NCBI GenBank assembly: GCA_963835065.1
Contig: CAWIEK010000037.1
Span: 32,001-96,000 of the forward strand
Reading direction: 5' to 3'
DNA: 64,000 bases
Source of the DNA: an uncultured Chthonomonadaceae bacterium
Lineage (GTDB): Bacteria > Armatimonadota > Chthonomonadetes > Chthonomonadales > Chthonomonadaceae
Positions within the stretch are counted from its first letter, which is position 1. Every line of letters starts with the position of its first letter. A program made the translations under genes and the position numbers. The notes below the pieces were generated by a model. The model had not been told where the DNA came from. It worked only from the letters and a program-made list of their open reading frames with translations, and searched no databases. Positions 10,037 to 18,948 of this stretch are shown here, one piece after another.

Positions 10037-11281
10037 TTAGCCGCAGCACTGCTTGTACTTTTTGCCGCTGCCGCAGGGGCAGGGTTCATTACGGCCCGGC
10101 TTCTTTCCGCTAAACGGGGCGGGCGGGGCCGGCGTTTTCAGGGCTTCCACCAGGCGCTCGCTCAGGGGGATTGTGCCGGGAAGCGCCCTGTTGTCGTAAT
10201 CCGGGCGGTAACTGCGCAGCAGAATTTCGCCGTCCCGCTGCCACTCGAAATCAGGGAGCGAAAACAGGCTGCGGATCACCTGGGTGGCGCGTTCCGGGTC
10301 GCGCTCGGCCAGCATGCGTACCGGGATCAAAGACATATCGGGGTCTTGAATATACTCGCTCACGATAGCCCGGTAGGGTTTCGACTTGACCTTTTTGGGA
10401 TCGGCAAATGCTTCCGCAACCAGTCCCAGATCGGGATGAAACTCCATGCCTTCCCGCTCATCAAAGGTCACGCCGACGCTTTTCACGTCGTCCTCCCAAT
10501 CTATTTGCGAGTATTGCAGGTGCTTGGGCAGGGTTTGTATCGGGGGCGACTCTGTTTCGCCCGTCGCAAGGGCGGCTGCGGCGTTTGTTTTCTGAACGCG
10601 ATGCAGCATGTAGGCGTTCATGCGCGTGACGAACTCCCCTACCGGCCACACAACCAAATCCGAGCCGAAGAAGGCGACGAAATCCGGCTTTTCCGCGCGC
10701 TGTAGTTCGATAGCCTCTTCCCTCTTCGCCGGGTTGCGAAACATCAGGGCGGGCGACTTCTGAATGGCTTCCGCCGCCCCGCGCAGCACCTCGTTTTTGC
10801 CGGAAGGCGGATACAGACTGATCGCCCCACTCAGCATCCAGCCGTCGCCCATCGGCACAATCCGCGCCTTGATAAAGTGGCCGGGCAGCATCTTATCGAA
10901 ATACGCGCGTCCCATGTTGGAGCGGACGCGGTACACAAGGTCATCCAACAGGTTGTCGAACACCAATACATCGCCCTCGTGCCGCAAAATCTCAAACAAC
11001 CCTTCCACGACGTTCTTCCAGCCCAGCATGATTTCCTGGTCCGCTTCGGGCAGGTCGGGGTGGTCGCTTACAAAATGGTCTACCACCGTCAGGCCGTCTT
11101 CCAGCCGATATTGAAGCAGAAAATAGTCCATAAAACTGACATACTGCGGGTTACTCACCGGTTCCGGGGTGTCAAAATAGTGGATTTGCGCTTCCACCAG
11201 ATCGCCGGCAAACCGCTTGTCCTCGCCGAATCGCACCAGTTGCCGCTTCAACGCGCCCGCGTGTTCCATCAAATCCATCAT
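10037..11281 (-). CDS. SEC-C metal-binding domain protein, copy 1
   Basis: C-terminal [26 protein letters not shown] upstream of MMDL. Confidence 0.9.
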   Translation of the reverse strand: MMDLMEHAGALKRQLVRFGEDKRFAGDLVEAQIHYFDTPEPVSNPQYVSFMDYFLLQYRLEDGLTVVDHFVSDHPDLPEADQEIMLGWKNVVEGLFEILRHEGDVLVFDNLLDDLVYRVRSNMGRAYFDKMLPGHFIKARIVPMGDGWMLSGAISLYPPSGKNEVLRGAAEAIQKSPALMFRNPAKREEAIELQRAEKPDFVAFFGSDLVVWPVGEFVTRMNAYMLHRVQKTNAAAALATGETESPPIQTLPKHLQYSQIDWEDDVKSVGVTFDEREGMEFHPDLGLVAEAFADPKKVKSKPYRAIVSEYIQDPDMSLIPVRMLAERDPERATQVIRSLFSLPDFEWQRDGEILLRSYRPDYDNRALPGTIPLSERLVEALKTPAPPAPFSGKKPGRNEPCPCGSGKKYKQCCG

Positions 11282-11506
11282 GCTCGCGCTTCCTCCAAAA
11301 CCCGCGCCTCTTAATAAATGAGACTTGCTGCCCGCCCTCAATCATCACTTCAAACATACGTTTTCTGCTGTCATTTTATCGCCATAGTCCGAAAACAGAA
11401 ATAAGCCGAAGAACAGAATCAGGCAGGAACTAAAGTGTGCCGCGATGAATAGGATGTAGACAAGATTGCACAGAACCACCCATATCAGGGTCAGGGAGTG
11501 TCCAGA

Positions 11507-11875
11507 ATGAAGCGATGCATACAAGTAGCGGTTGGTCCTGGAATATTCTCATGTGAGCGATCAGCCTCATTCACAGTAAACGACAAATACTACACCCTGC
11601 TTGCAGACGCTTCTTTCTTCGACGGCGATCTCATGCAGGTGCGGGTTATCGCCATACAAGGCGACCAATGCTTGATTGACCTGCCCAATGAGACGTTCAC
11701 AACCGGCAACCGCATGTACGTGCCAACAGTCATGCTTCTGGATATGTCAACAGCCCTACAAACTGAGGAGCCATCCGCAAAAGAGATCGCAAAGTTGGCA
11801 ATGGCTGGCGGCGCGTTTGACTGGCTTGCCGATGAACCTGATCTGTATGATGATACTTGCGGCGAAAGCGCTTAA
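11507..11875 (+). CDS. Hypothetical protein with antitoxin-like acidic tail, copy 1
   Basis: ORF conserved in both copies; tail GGAFDWLADEPDLY. Confidence 0.65.
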   Translation: MKRCIQVAVGPGIFSCERSASFTVNDKYYTLLADASFFDGDLMQVRVIAIQGDQCLIDLPNETFTTGNRMYVPTVMLLDMSTALQTEEPSAKEIAKLAMAGGAFDWLADEPDLYDDTCGESA

Positions 11876-11900
11876 AATAGAAAGAAAAAGAGGCGCAGCC

Positions 11901-11929
11901 TTGTATTTATTCGTCAATAGACGTATAAT
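11901..11929 (+). promoter_or_regulatory. Sigma70-type promoter of the putative antisense RNA, copy 1
   Basis: TTGTAT-17 nt-TATAAT; conserved in copy 2 at 15042-15070. Confidence 0.7.
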
Positions 11930-11934
11930 AGGAG

Positions 11935-11998
11935 GTATCCAGCCAACGTTGGTAGCGCTGACTGGACACGCGCCTAGCCTACGCTAGTGGCGGTTTTT
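11935..11998 (+). ncRNA. Putative ~65-nt antisense antitoxin RNA, copy 1
   Basis: Promoter, then hairpin TCCAG...CTGGA, then hairpin CGCCTAGC/GCTAGTGGCG plus T5; overlaps the 3' end of the small minus-strand ORF. Confidence 0.5.
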
Positions 11999-12094
11999 AC
12001 ACCGGTCACTAAGCATCAGCCAGAGCGCGACCGCGTAATACGCCGTACCAACGACGTAGAACGCGGCGGCAAGCACATGGTTCAGAGTTTCCAT
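11984..12094 (-). CDS. 36-aa single-TM peptide, candidate type I toxin, copy 1
   Basis: METLNHVLAAAFYVVGTAYYAVALWLMLSDRCKNRH; strong SD AAAGGAGGAGG; hydrophobic core with charged tail. Confidence 0.65.
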   Translation of the reverse strand: METLNHVLAAAFYVVGTAYYAVALWLMLSDRCKNRH

Positions 12095-12207
12095 GCTTTG
12101 CCTCCTCCTTTCTATGGGCAGCGGGTTGTGTGTCGGCGGTTGCGCGAACAACCCCGGCGGCTTGCATAGTCCGGCCGAACGCCGCGCCAAGCAAAAATCG
12201 AACGCGC

Positions 12208-12677
12208 ATGAATAAACCGGAGGAACGCGAGAAAGCGGTCTTCGATACCGGTGTTGTCCTTCAGGCGGCCCTGTCAGAAAGCGGGCCGTCTTTTGGCTCG
12301 TTTCATCTGATGGAAGAAGACAAAATTATTGTTGTACTTAGTCCACAAGTGCGCGAAGAGTACGAAGATGTTCCACGCGCCCTGCAATTCGGCAGAAGAA
12401 CCCATTGCTTACTGAAGAATACGTTCAGGCATTTTTGGCCCGACTGGACGCCAAAACACAATTGGTAACGGTGATACGGCCTTACCTACAGTATCCGCGT
12501 GATCCTAATGATGAGTTGATACTTAATCTGGCAATCCAAGAGCAGGTAGATTATCTTGTGACCCGCGACAAAGATTTGCTCACTTTGAACAGGAGCAGCG
12601 ATTTTCGGCTGTTATATCCCTACATTCGCGTCGTTGATCCACTTACCTTTGTGATTGCGGTGACGCCGAAGCCGTAG
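12208..12677 (+). CDS. PIN-domain toxin (putative TA toxin), frameshifted near 12370-12405
   Basis: AVFDTGV, RDPNDE..L.LA....DYLVTRDKDLL motifs split over two frames. Confidence 0.82.
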
Positions 12678-12798
12678 AAATAGGGCTTTGATGCCATCAA
12701 GATAACCTATGCTGCCAATCTATTCAGCGCCCTGCTGCGGTTCTCCATACGCCAGTTGCCGCAGCAGTTCATCTCCTGATATAGCTCCTCTGCTGTTT

Positions 12799-13113
12799 TC
12801 AATAGCCGCCTTCCAGCCACGAGACGTACAAGTCGTAATAGTGGGCGAAGTCTTCGGGCAATCCTTCCTCATCTAAATCTTCTACGCCAATCCAGCGCTC
12901 TTTGCCTTTTGCCTGCACCTTGCATTGCAGCGTGTCACTGGCGCCGACTTGAAAGCCGAGGACTTGCACGGGGCTGCCAAGCAGGTTGGCGCGAAACGGC
13001 GTTTCCACTTGCTCCAAAAACGTGTTTTCCCACGCGCTCATCTGCTCGTACTCGCCGTAAGCGTCCGTCAGTATCTCGTCAATCTCGTCGCGCTTTTCGG
13101 ATGGTTCCGCCAT
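12799..13113 (-). CDS. CcbP-like small acidic protein, copy 2
   Basis: Same protein as 9657..9971. Confidence 0.65.
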   Translation of the reverse strand: MAEPSEKRDEIDEILTDAYGEYEQMSAWENTFLEQVETPFRANLLGSPVQVLGFQVGASDTLQCKVQAKGKERWIGVEDLDEEGLPEDFAHYYDLYVSWLEGGY

Positions 13114-13179
13114 TTTCGCCTCCTGTCCTGTGTTGTTGCCTTGCGTAGGTGTTTCGTTTATCGGTGTGTACCGGTGGAA

Positions 13180-14424
13180 TTAGCCGCAGCACTGCTTGTA
13201 CTTTTTGCCGCTGCCGCAGGGGCAGGGTTCATTACGGCCCGGCTTCTTTCCGCTAAACGGGGCGGGCGGGGCCGGCGTTTTCAGGGCTTCCACCAGGCGC
13301 TCGCTCAGGGGGATTGTGCCGGGAAGCGCCCTGGTGTCGTAATCCGGGCGGTAACTGCGCAGCAGAATTTCGCCGTCCCGCTGCCACTCGAAATCAGGGA
13401 GCGAAAACAGGCTGCGGATCACCTGGGTGGCGTGTTCCGGGTCGCGCTCGGCCAGCATGCGTACCGGGATCAAAGACATATCGGGGTCTTGAATATACTC
13501 GCTCACGATAGCCCGGTAGGGTTTCGACTTGACCTTTTTGGGATCGGCAAATGCTTCCGCAACCAGTCCCAGATCGGGATGAAACTCCATGCCTTCCCGC
13601 TCATCAAAGGTCACGCCGACGCTTTTCACGTCGTCCTCCCAATCTATTTGCGAGTATTGCAGGTGCTTGGGCAGGGTTTGTATCGGGGGCGACTCTGTTT
13701 CGCCCGTCGCAAGGGCGGCTGCGGCGTTTGTTTTCTGAACGCGATGCAGCATGTAGGCGTTCATGCGCGTGACGAACTCCCCTACCGGCCACACAACCAA
13801 ATCCGAGCCGAAGAAGGCGACGAAATCCGGCTTTTCCGCGCGCTGTAGTTCGATAGCCTCTTCCCGCTTGGCAGGATTGCGAAACATCAGGGCGGGCGAC
13901 TTCTGAATGGCTTCCGCCGCCCCGCGCAGCACCTCGTTTTTGCCGGAAGGCGGATACAGACTGATCGCCCCACTCAGCATCCAGCCGTCGCCCATCGGCA
14001 CAATCCGCGCCTTGATAAAGTGGCCGGGCAGCATCTGATCGAAATACGCGCGTCCCATGTTGGAGCGAACGCGGTACACAAGGTCATCCAACAGGTTGTC
14101 GAACACCAATACATCGCCCTCGTGCCGCAAAATCTCAAACAACCCTTCCACGACGTTCTTCCAGCCCAGCATGATTTCCTGGTCCGCTTCGGGCAGGTCG
14201 GGGTGGTCGCTTACAAAATGGTCTACCACCGTCAGGCCGTCTTCCAGCCGATATTGAAGCAGAAAATAGTCCATAAAACTGACATACTGCGGGTTACTCA
14301 CCGGTTCCGGGGTGTCAAAATAGTGGATTTGCGCTTCCACCAGATCGCCGGCAAACCGCTTGTCCTCGCCAAATCGCACCAGTTGCCGCTTCAACGCGCC
14401 CGCGTGTTCCATCAAATCCATCAT
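13180..14424 (-). CDS. SEC-C metal-binding domain protein, copy 2
   Basis: SEC-C motif; three visible amino-acid differences from copy 1 (K/Q, R/H, N/T). Confidence 0.9.
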   Translation of the reverse strand: MMDLMEHAGALKRQLVRFGEDKRFAGDLVEAQIHYFDTPEPVSNPQYVSFMDYFLLQYRLEDGLTVVDHFVSDHPDLPEADQEIMLGWKNVVEGLFEILRHEGDVLVFDNLLDDLVYRVRSNMGRAYFDQMLPGHFIKARIVPMGDGWMLSGAISLYPPSGKNEVLRGAAEAIQKSPALMFRNPAKREEAIELQRAEKPDFVAFFGSDLVVWPVGEFVTRMNAYMLHRVQKTNAAAALATGETESPPIQTLPKHLQYSQIDWEDDVKSVGVTFDEREGMEFHPDLGLVAEAFADPKKVKSKPYRAIVSEYIQDPDMSLIPVRMLAERDPEHATQVIRSLFSLPDFEWQRDGEILLRSYRPDYDTRALPGTIPLSERLVEALKTPAPPAPFSGKKPGRNEPCPCGSGKKYKQCCG

Positions 14425-14647
14425 GCTCGCGCTTCCTCCCAAACCCGCGTACTGTAACGAATCAATACTTGCTGCCCACCCTCAACCATCACTCCAAACA
14501 TACGTCTTCCGCTGTCATTATATCGCCACACTCCGAAAACAGAAGAAGCTGAAAAGCAGAAGCAGGCAGGAACTAAAGTGTGCCGCGATGAATAGGATGT
14601 AGACAAGATTGAACAGCATCACCTATATTACGGCAGGGAGTATCAGA

Positions 14648-15016
14648 ATGAAACGACATATACAAGTCACGGCTGGTCCCGGAATCTTCTCGTGTGAGCG
14701 ATCAGCCTCATTCACAGTAAACGACAAATACTACACCCTGCTTGCAGACGCTTCTTTCTTCGACGGCGATCTCATGCAGGTGCGGGTTATCGCCATACAA
14801 GGCGACCAATGTTTGATTGACCTGCCCAATGAGACGTTCACAACCGGCAACCGCATGTACGTGCCAACGGCTATGCTTCTGGATATGTCAATAGCCGTAC
14901 AAACCGATGAGCCATCAGCAGAAGAGATCGCAAAGTTGGCAATGGCTGGCGGCGCGTTTGACTGGCTTGCCAATGAACCTGATCTGTATGATGATACTTG
15001 CGGCGAAAGCGCTTGA
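14648..15016 (+). CDS. Hypothetical protein with antitoxin-like acidic tail, copy 2
   Basis: Paralog of 11507..11875. Confidence 0.65.
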   Translation: MKRHIQVTAGPGIFSCERSASFTVNDKYYTLLADASFFDGDLMQVRVIAIQGDQCLIDLPNETFTTGNRMYVPTAMLLDMSIAVQTDEPSAEEIAKLAMAGGAFDWLANEPDLYDDTCGESA

Positions 15017-15075
15017 AATATAAAGAAAAAGCGGCGCAGCCTTGTATTTATTCGTCAATAGGCGTATAATAGGAG

Positions 15076-15141
15076 GTGTCCAGCCAGAAGTTCTCAGGCG
15101 CTGACTGGACACGCGCCTAACCTACGCTAGTGGCGGTTTTT
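15076..15141 (+). ncRNA. Putative antisense antitoxin RNA, copy 2
   Basis: Promoter at 15042-15070, stem GTGTCCAG/CTGGACAC, terminator-like hairpin plus T5. Confidence 0.5.
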
Positions 15142-15237
15142 ACACCGGTCACTAAGCATCAGCCAGAGCGCAACCGCGTAGTACGCCGTACCAACGACGT
15201 AGAACGCGGCGGCAAGCACATGGTTCACAGTTTCCAT
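15127..15237 (-). CDS. 36-aa single-TM peptide, candidate type I toxin, copy 2
   Basis: METVNHVLAAAF...; retains a structured 5' UTR and an upstream promoter. Confidence 0.65.
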   Translation of the reverse strand: METVNHVLAAAFYVVGTAYYAVALWLMLSDRCKNRH

Positions 15238-15349
15238 GCTTTGCCTCCTCCTTTCTATGGGCAGCGGGTTGTGTGTCGGCGGTTGCGCGAACAACCCCGG
15301 CGGCTTGCATAAACCGCTGCCCAAGAGTTCACAAGCCGGAACACAAGTC

Positions 15350-15382
15350 ACATTGTTGCACACTTTATGTGCAGGTGTCAAG
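15350..15382 (-). promoter_or_regulatory. Putative promoter/operator for the small peptide gene
   Basis: Minus-strand TTGACA followed by the palindrome TGCACA-taaag-TGTGCA and a weak -10 (AACAAT). Confidence 0.45.
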
Positions 15383-15387
15383 GCCAT

Positions 15388-15849
15388 TTACATCACAGTA
15401 ATCAGTTCACAAACCAAGCGCTGTTTCTCCCTTGAAAGGCTTAGAAATTTTTTCTGAGTTTCCACAGGCATAATCTCGTAGTTCAAAAACACGGGAGTCT
15501 CTAACAACTTACCATCCAATGTATCGAAACCTGCTTGTGCGTACACAATTTCAGGACGCATTTTTAAGCCAGCAGCCACTTGAAGACAAGTTTTACGCTG
15601 AACTGTGTAACCTGCCTGCCGTCGCCGTTCTACCTGCCCCCACGCCCAATGTGAGTAAGTACGTTCTGATTTATCTTCAGATAGTTGCTTGCCACCCTCT
15701 TCCTTACCTATTTGATGCAGTTGTTCTTCCGGGAGAGATTGCAGCCAGTCTTCAACACGTTTTGCACATTGCTTTCGAGTCAGACCTTGCTTCTCTCGCT
15801 CCTCTTTAACCCATTGTCCAAAACGTATGCGTAAATTCTCAGTTTCCAT
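15388..15849 (-). CDS. XRE/HTH-type transcriptional regulator
   Basis: FGQWVKEEREKQGLT...CAKRV and ..QVAAGLKM.PE.VYAQAGF patterns; AT-rich. Confidence 0.65.
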   Translation of the reverse strand: METENLRIRFGQWVKEEREKQGLTRKQCAKRVEDWLQSLPEEQLHQIGKEEGGKQLSEDKSERTYSHWAWGQVERRRQAGYTVQRKTCLQVAAGLKMRPEIVYAQAGFDTLDGKLLETPVFLNYEIMPVETQKKFLSLSREKQRLVCELITVM

Positions 15850-16012
15850 TGATCGCTCCATCATTTTCAAGAGAACCGTTGAATAGATTGAGTATACCAG
15901 CATGTGACATATTTGTGCAAGGAATGACTGTAATGAAGTTGCGTATAAAAACGAGTTTGGCGCAACAGTGAGCCACTGTTGCGCCACGAAGTTGAGAAAC
16001 AGGTGAAGAAAC

Positions 16013-17658
16013 TTACTCGACGCCGACGGGGGCATGGGCGCGGGGTGGCGGGGGCGTCCAGGTGGGGTCGTCGTTGGCGAGCAGGTGCAGGCCTAGGAAC
16101 TCGCCTAGTTCTTCATTGGCGTGGCGGTCTACCCACTGTCCGAAGTTTTCTTCCCGCGAACGGCTGCGTTTTGAACTGCCGCAGCAGGTTTTCCAGCGCG
16201 TACTTCACCTTGTCGGCGGGCACTTTGCGCGAAATGGGACGCACGAACTTGGCGTCCGCGCCCAGCCGCCCGCCCAGACACACGTCATACGCTTCCACCT
16301 GCGTCGCCGTCGTTCAAACGCGCCAGACAGCCCTGCAAGCCGATGTCGCCGATGTGATGCTGGCCGCAACTGTTGGGGCAGCCGTTGAGATGGATGCGGA
16401 TCGGCTCGTCCCACAGCAATTGCGCTTCCAGATGCGCCACGATCTCGCGCAGGCGGGCTTTGGTTTCCGTAATCGCCAGATTGCAGAACTCGTTGCCCGT
16501 ACACGAGACCGCGCCCCGATGGAACTCCGATACGTCCCACAGAAAGCCCGCATTGCGCAATTCCTGTTTCGCCGCTTCCAACCGGTCGGCGTCAATGTGC
16601 GGGAACAGATAGTTTTGCTGATTGGTCGTGCGCAGGTTGCCCTCGCAGTATCGGTCGGCAATGTCGGCAGCCGCGAACATCTGCTCCGTCGTCAGCCGCC
16701 CCGTAATCACGGATACGCCGATCCAGAATTTCCCTGCCTGCTTTTGCGGATGGATGCCCAAATGATCCTGCTGCACGGTTCCCATCGGCTCGGCAACCGG
16801 TTCGGCGGGTTCCGGCGTCCAGCCCAATCGCTGAATCAGCGCTTCCCGAAACTTCTCCGCGCCCCAATCCGCCACGAGGAACTTCAGGCGCGTATGGTTG
16901 CGGCGCTTGCGGTAGCCGTCATCGCGGAAAATTTCGGTCACGGCCCGGCATACGTCCAAAACCTGCTCCGGCTTGACGAAAATCTCCAACTGCTGCGCGA
17001 AGTACGGCTGCGTACTCAATCCGCCGCCCACGCGCACATGGAAGCCGATTTCCTCTTTGCCGTCCCGAACGCGCTTCACGGCCTGTATGCCCAAATCGTT
17101 GATTTCCGGCTGATTGCAATGGATGGGACAGCCCGAAATAGAGATTTTGTACTTGCGCGGCAGGTCGGAGAAGTCTTTGTTATCCAAAAAGTAATTGGTC
17201 ACGTCCTGCACGATCTGGCGCGTGTCGTACAATTCGTTAGGGTCCACGCCCGCCACCGGGCAGCCGCACACATTGCGCGTAATGTCGCCGCAAGCGCCCG
17301 TCGTGGTCAGGCCCACCGCGCGCAGTTTTTCAATGGCAAGCGGCAGGGTGTGGATGGTCAGCCAGTGGAATTGAAAATTCTGGCGCGTGGTGATGTCGGA
17401 AATGTTGTTGCCGTACTCCCGCGCCACTTCCGCAACCGCGCGCATCTGCGCGGAACTCATGTCGCCGCTGGGAATCTTGACGCGCAGCATGAAATGCCCC
17501 ACGTTCGGCTGCTGCTGATAAATGCCGTACCAGCGCATACGCGGGAAATCATCGGGAGCTATGGTCTCGAAACCGGTCTGAGCGTAGCGCAGCACATCGT
17601 CCCACACGTCCAGCCCGTCTTTCGCCTTCTTTATCGCTTCTACATCCGCCTTGGACAT
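16013..17658 (-). CDS. Ferredoxin-dependent nitrite/sulfite reductase (siroheme, 4Fe-4S), apparent frameshifts near 16305 and 16165
   Basis: TTRQNFQFH, LPRKYKISISGC, SCTGNEFC and NGCPNSCGQH.I.DIG motifs; C-terminus continues in other frames. Confidence 0.9.
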
Positions 17659-17698
17659 CTCAAAAACTCCTTACCATCCGCCACCAACAGCAGGAGGG

Positions 17699-17893
17699 GG
17701 AACCGCGAAACACGCGAACCAAAACGAAAAAAGGAAAAACAAAAAGAACCGCAAAGAGGCAAAAGAGGGCAAAGAGGAGAAGTCACTTCGCCGGAGTTGG
17801 TTGGCGCTTTCCCTGCTATTTTTGGTTCTTTTTTCGTTTACTTCGCGTGTTTCGCGGTTCCCTCTCCTGCCTTCTCTGCTTCTTTGCGGTTCC
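17699..17893. repeat. Interleaved inverted repeats (A-B-A'-B') of AACCGCGAAACACGCGAA / AACCGCAAAGA type; related copy at 55561-55621
   Basis: 17701-17733 complements 17828-17860; 17746-17777 imperfectly complements 17861-17893. Confidence 0.75.
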
Positions 17894-17941
17894 TCTTACG
17901 GCGAGAATGGTTACTAAATCAGTCAACATAGTAGAGTATCC

Positions 17942-17971
17942 ATTATACTAGCCGCGTGGCGTCGGTGTCAA
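17942..17971 (-). promoter_or_regulatory. Sigma70 promoter for the reductase gene
   Basis: TTGACA-18 nt-TATAAT on the minus strand. Confidence 0.7.
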
Positions 17972-18013
17972 GCCAAAGTGAGGTTTCAGAACCGTTCAAG
18001 AGCGTACCCGAAC

Positions 18014-18042
18014 TTGACAAGCCCTGACCGGAAAGGTACACT
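18014..18042 (+). promoter_or_regulatory. Sigma70 promoter of the tRNA gene
   Basis: TTGACA-17 nt-TACACT, about 20 nt upstream of the tRNA. Confidence 0.75.
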
Positions 18043-18061
18043 GTAGGTGTTGTAAGCATGC

Positions 18062-18414
18062 GGGCCCATAGCTCAATGGCAGAGCGCCCGGCTCAAGATA
18101 GTTTCTCTAAATTCAGGCCGTTAATACCTGAACATGAGGGACTGAAGAGGGCCTCTACCGTCGAAAGTCGGTAGATGTAACCTGTCAAATTCGGGGAAGC
18201 CTATGTTGTTCCCAATACGGTAATCCCGAGCCAAGCGCGTTTAGCACAGGAAAACTGTTGTAAGCGCGAAGGTGTAGAGACTCGACGGCAGGCATCCTTG
18301 TTTCACAAAACAGTGGATGAAGAGAGAGTCCAGACTGCAAACCCGAAAGGGGCGGCGAAAGCCGTAGCGGTACGCATAACTGGTTGGTTGTAGGTTCGAC
18401 TCCTGCTGGGCCCA
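18062..18414 (+). tRNA. tRNA with CAU anticodon, probably tRNA-Ile2; exons 18062-18093 and 18375-18414; CCA not encoded
   Basis: Acceptor stem GGGCCCA/TGGGCCC plus A73, D arm GCTC/GAGC, joined anticodon loop CT^CATAA, T loop GGTTCGACTCC; C4:G69 and C5:G68 favour Ile2. Confidence 0.9.
18094..18374 (+). ncRNA. Group I self-splicing intron (IC3-like), 281 nt, no homing endonuclease ORF
   Basis: P AAATTCGGGGAA, Q AATCCCGAGCC, R GTAGAGACTCGACGG, S AAGAGAGAGTCC; P2 and P9 hairpins with GAAA loops; U before the 5' splice site and G at the 3' end. Confidence 0.93.
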
Positions 18415-18428
18415 TATTCCGCTTGCGC

Positions 18429-18462
18429 ACAGGCTGGACAACATACTTGTTGTCCAGCCTGT
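18429..18462. terminator. Perfect palindrome downstream of the tRNA (terminator or REP-like)
   Basis: ACAGGCTGGACAAC-atactt-GTTGTCCAGCCTGT. Confidence 0.55.
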
Positions 18463-18669
18463 TGTACTGTAATCCCTGATAAGTAAGTATATCCTGCGCA
18501 GGCACAAATAGAAAGCCCGCTTGTCAGGGCAAGGGTGAAACTGCTATAATGTAGTGGCAGGCTGACTTGTAGGATATTCCTATGTGTCGGCTCAAATTTA
18601 TCGAGTATAATTTTGGCAGCGACTTTCCGCAACCCGCGCGCCGGCAGGAGGTTAAAAGTGGTGACAGTA

Positions 18670-18948
18670 ATGACTTACATCGGCAAGGTTCAGGAGAATG
18701 GAACGGTTATCGTGTCGAAAGACGCACAGGAACAGTTGGGATTGCAGCCGGGCGATGAAGTGCGGGTAAGCCTGAATCGCAGCGTTGTAGAACCGCAGCC
18801 TGTCACGCCCAATGAAAAAGCGCTGGCGGCTCTGCGCAGGGTTGCCGCATTACAAGAGGGAATGCGCTGCACGGATGGTTCGCACACGAACGAAATTATT
18901 CATGAAGGCCGCGACGGAGGAATGTACAGTGACGAATGCGCCGAGTAG
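18670..18948 (+). CDS. AbrB/MazE-family antitoxin
   Basis: GKVQENGTVIVSKDAQEQLGLQPGDEV swapped-hairpin motif. Confidence 0.85.
   Translation: MTYIGKVQENGTVIVSKDAQEQLGLQPGDEVRVSLNRSVVEPQPVTPNEKALAALRRVAALQEGMRCTDGSHTNEIIHEGRDGGMYSDECAE

Larger units (their letters stand above)
9641..12173. repeat. Copy 1 of a ~2.5 kb direct repeat, bounded by 10-bp direct repeats GCCGAACGCC (9631-9640, 12174-12183)
   Basis: Near-identical to ~12786-15311 with the same four ORFs. Confidence 0.92.
12786..15311. repeat. Copy 2 of the ~2.5 kb direct repeat
   Basis: Identity to copy 1 runs from ctgctgttttca to ggcttgcata. Confidence 0.92.

Noticed and set aside
10037..11281. secA
   Set aside because: Only the SEC-C zinc motif is present; there are no helicase/ATPase motifs and the protein is far too short.
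12715..12790. Minus-strand fragment SGDELLRQLAYGE resembling the start of an AlbA/Schlafen-type gene
   Set aside because: It is only ~20 codons long with no proper start codon, too short to support.
15979..17931. Long antisense ORFs (e.g. 15979..17931, 28632..30392, 34558..36612, 62412..63926)
   Set aside because: They are shadow frames opposite well-supported genes in GC-rich DNA and carry no motifs.
17910..17940. Possible Rrf2 (CymR/IscR-like) operator upstream of the reductase
   Set aside because: The resemblance is loose and cannot be supported without a motif scan.
18375..18414. tRNA 3' fragment as an attR of an integrated element
   Set aside because: It is the 3' exon of the intron-split tRNA. 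I saw no second copy and no integrase.
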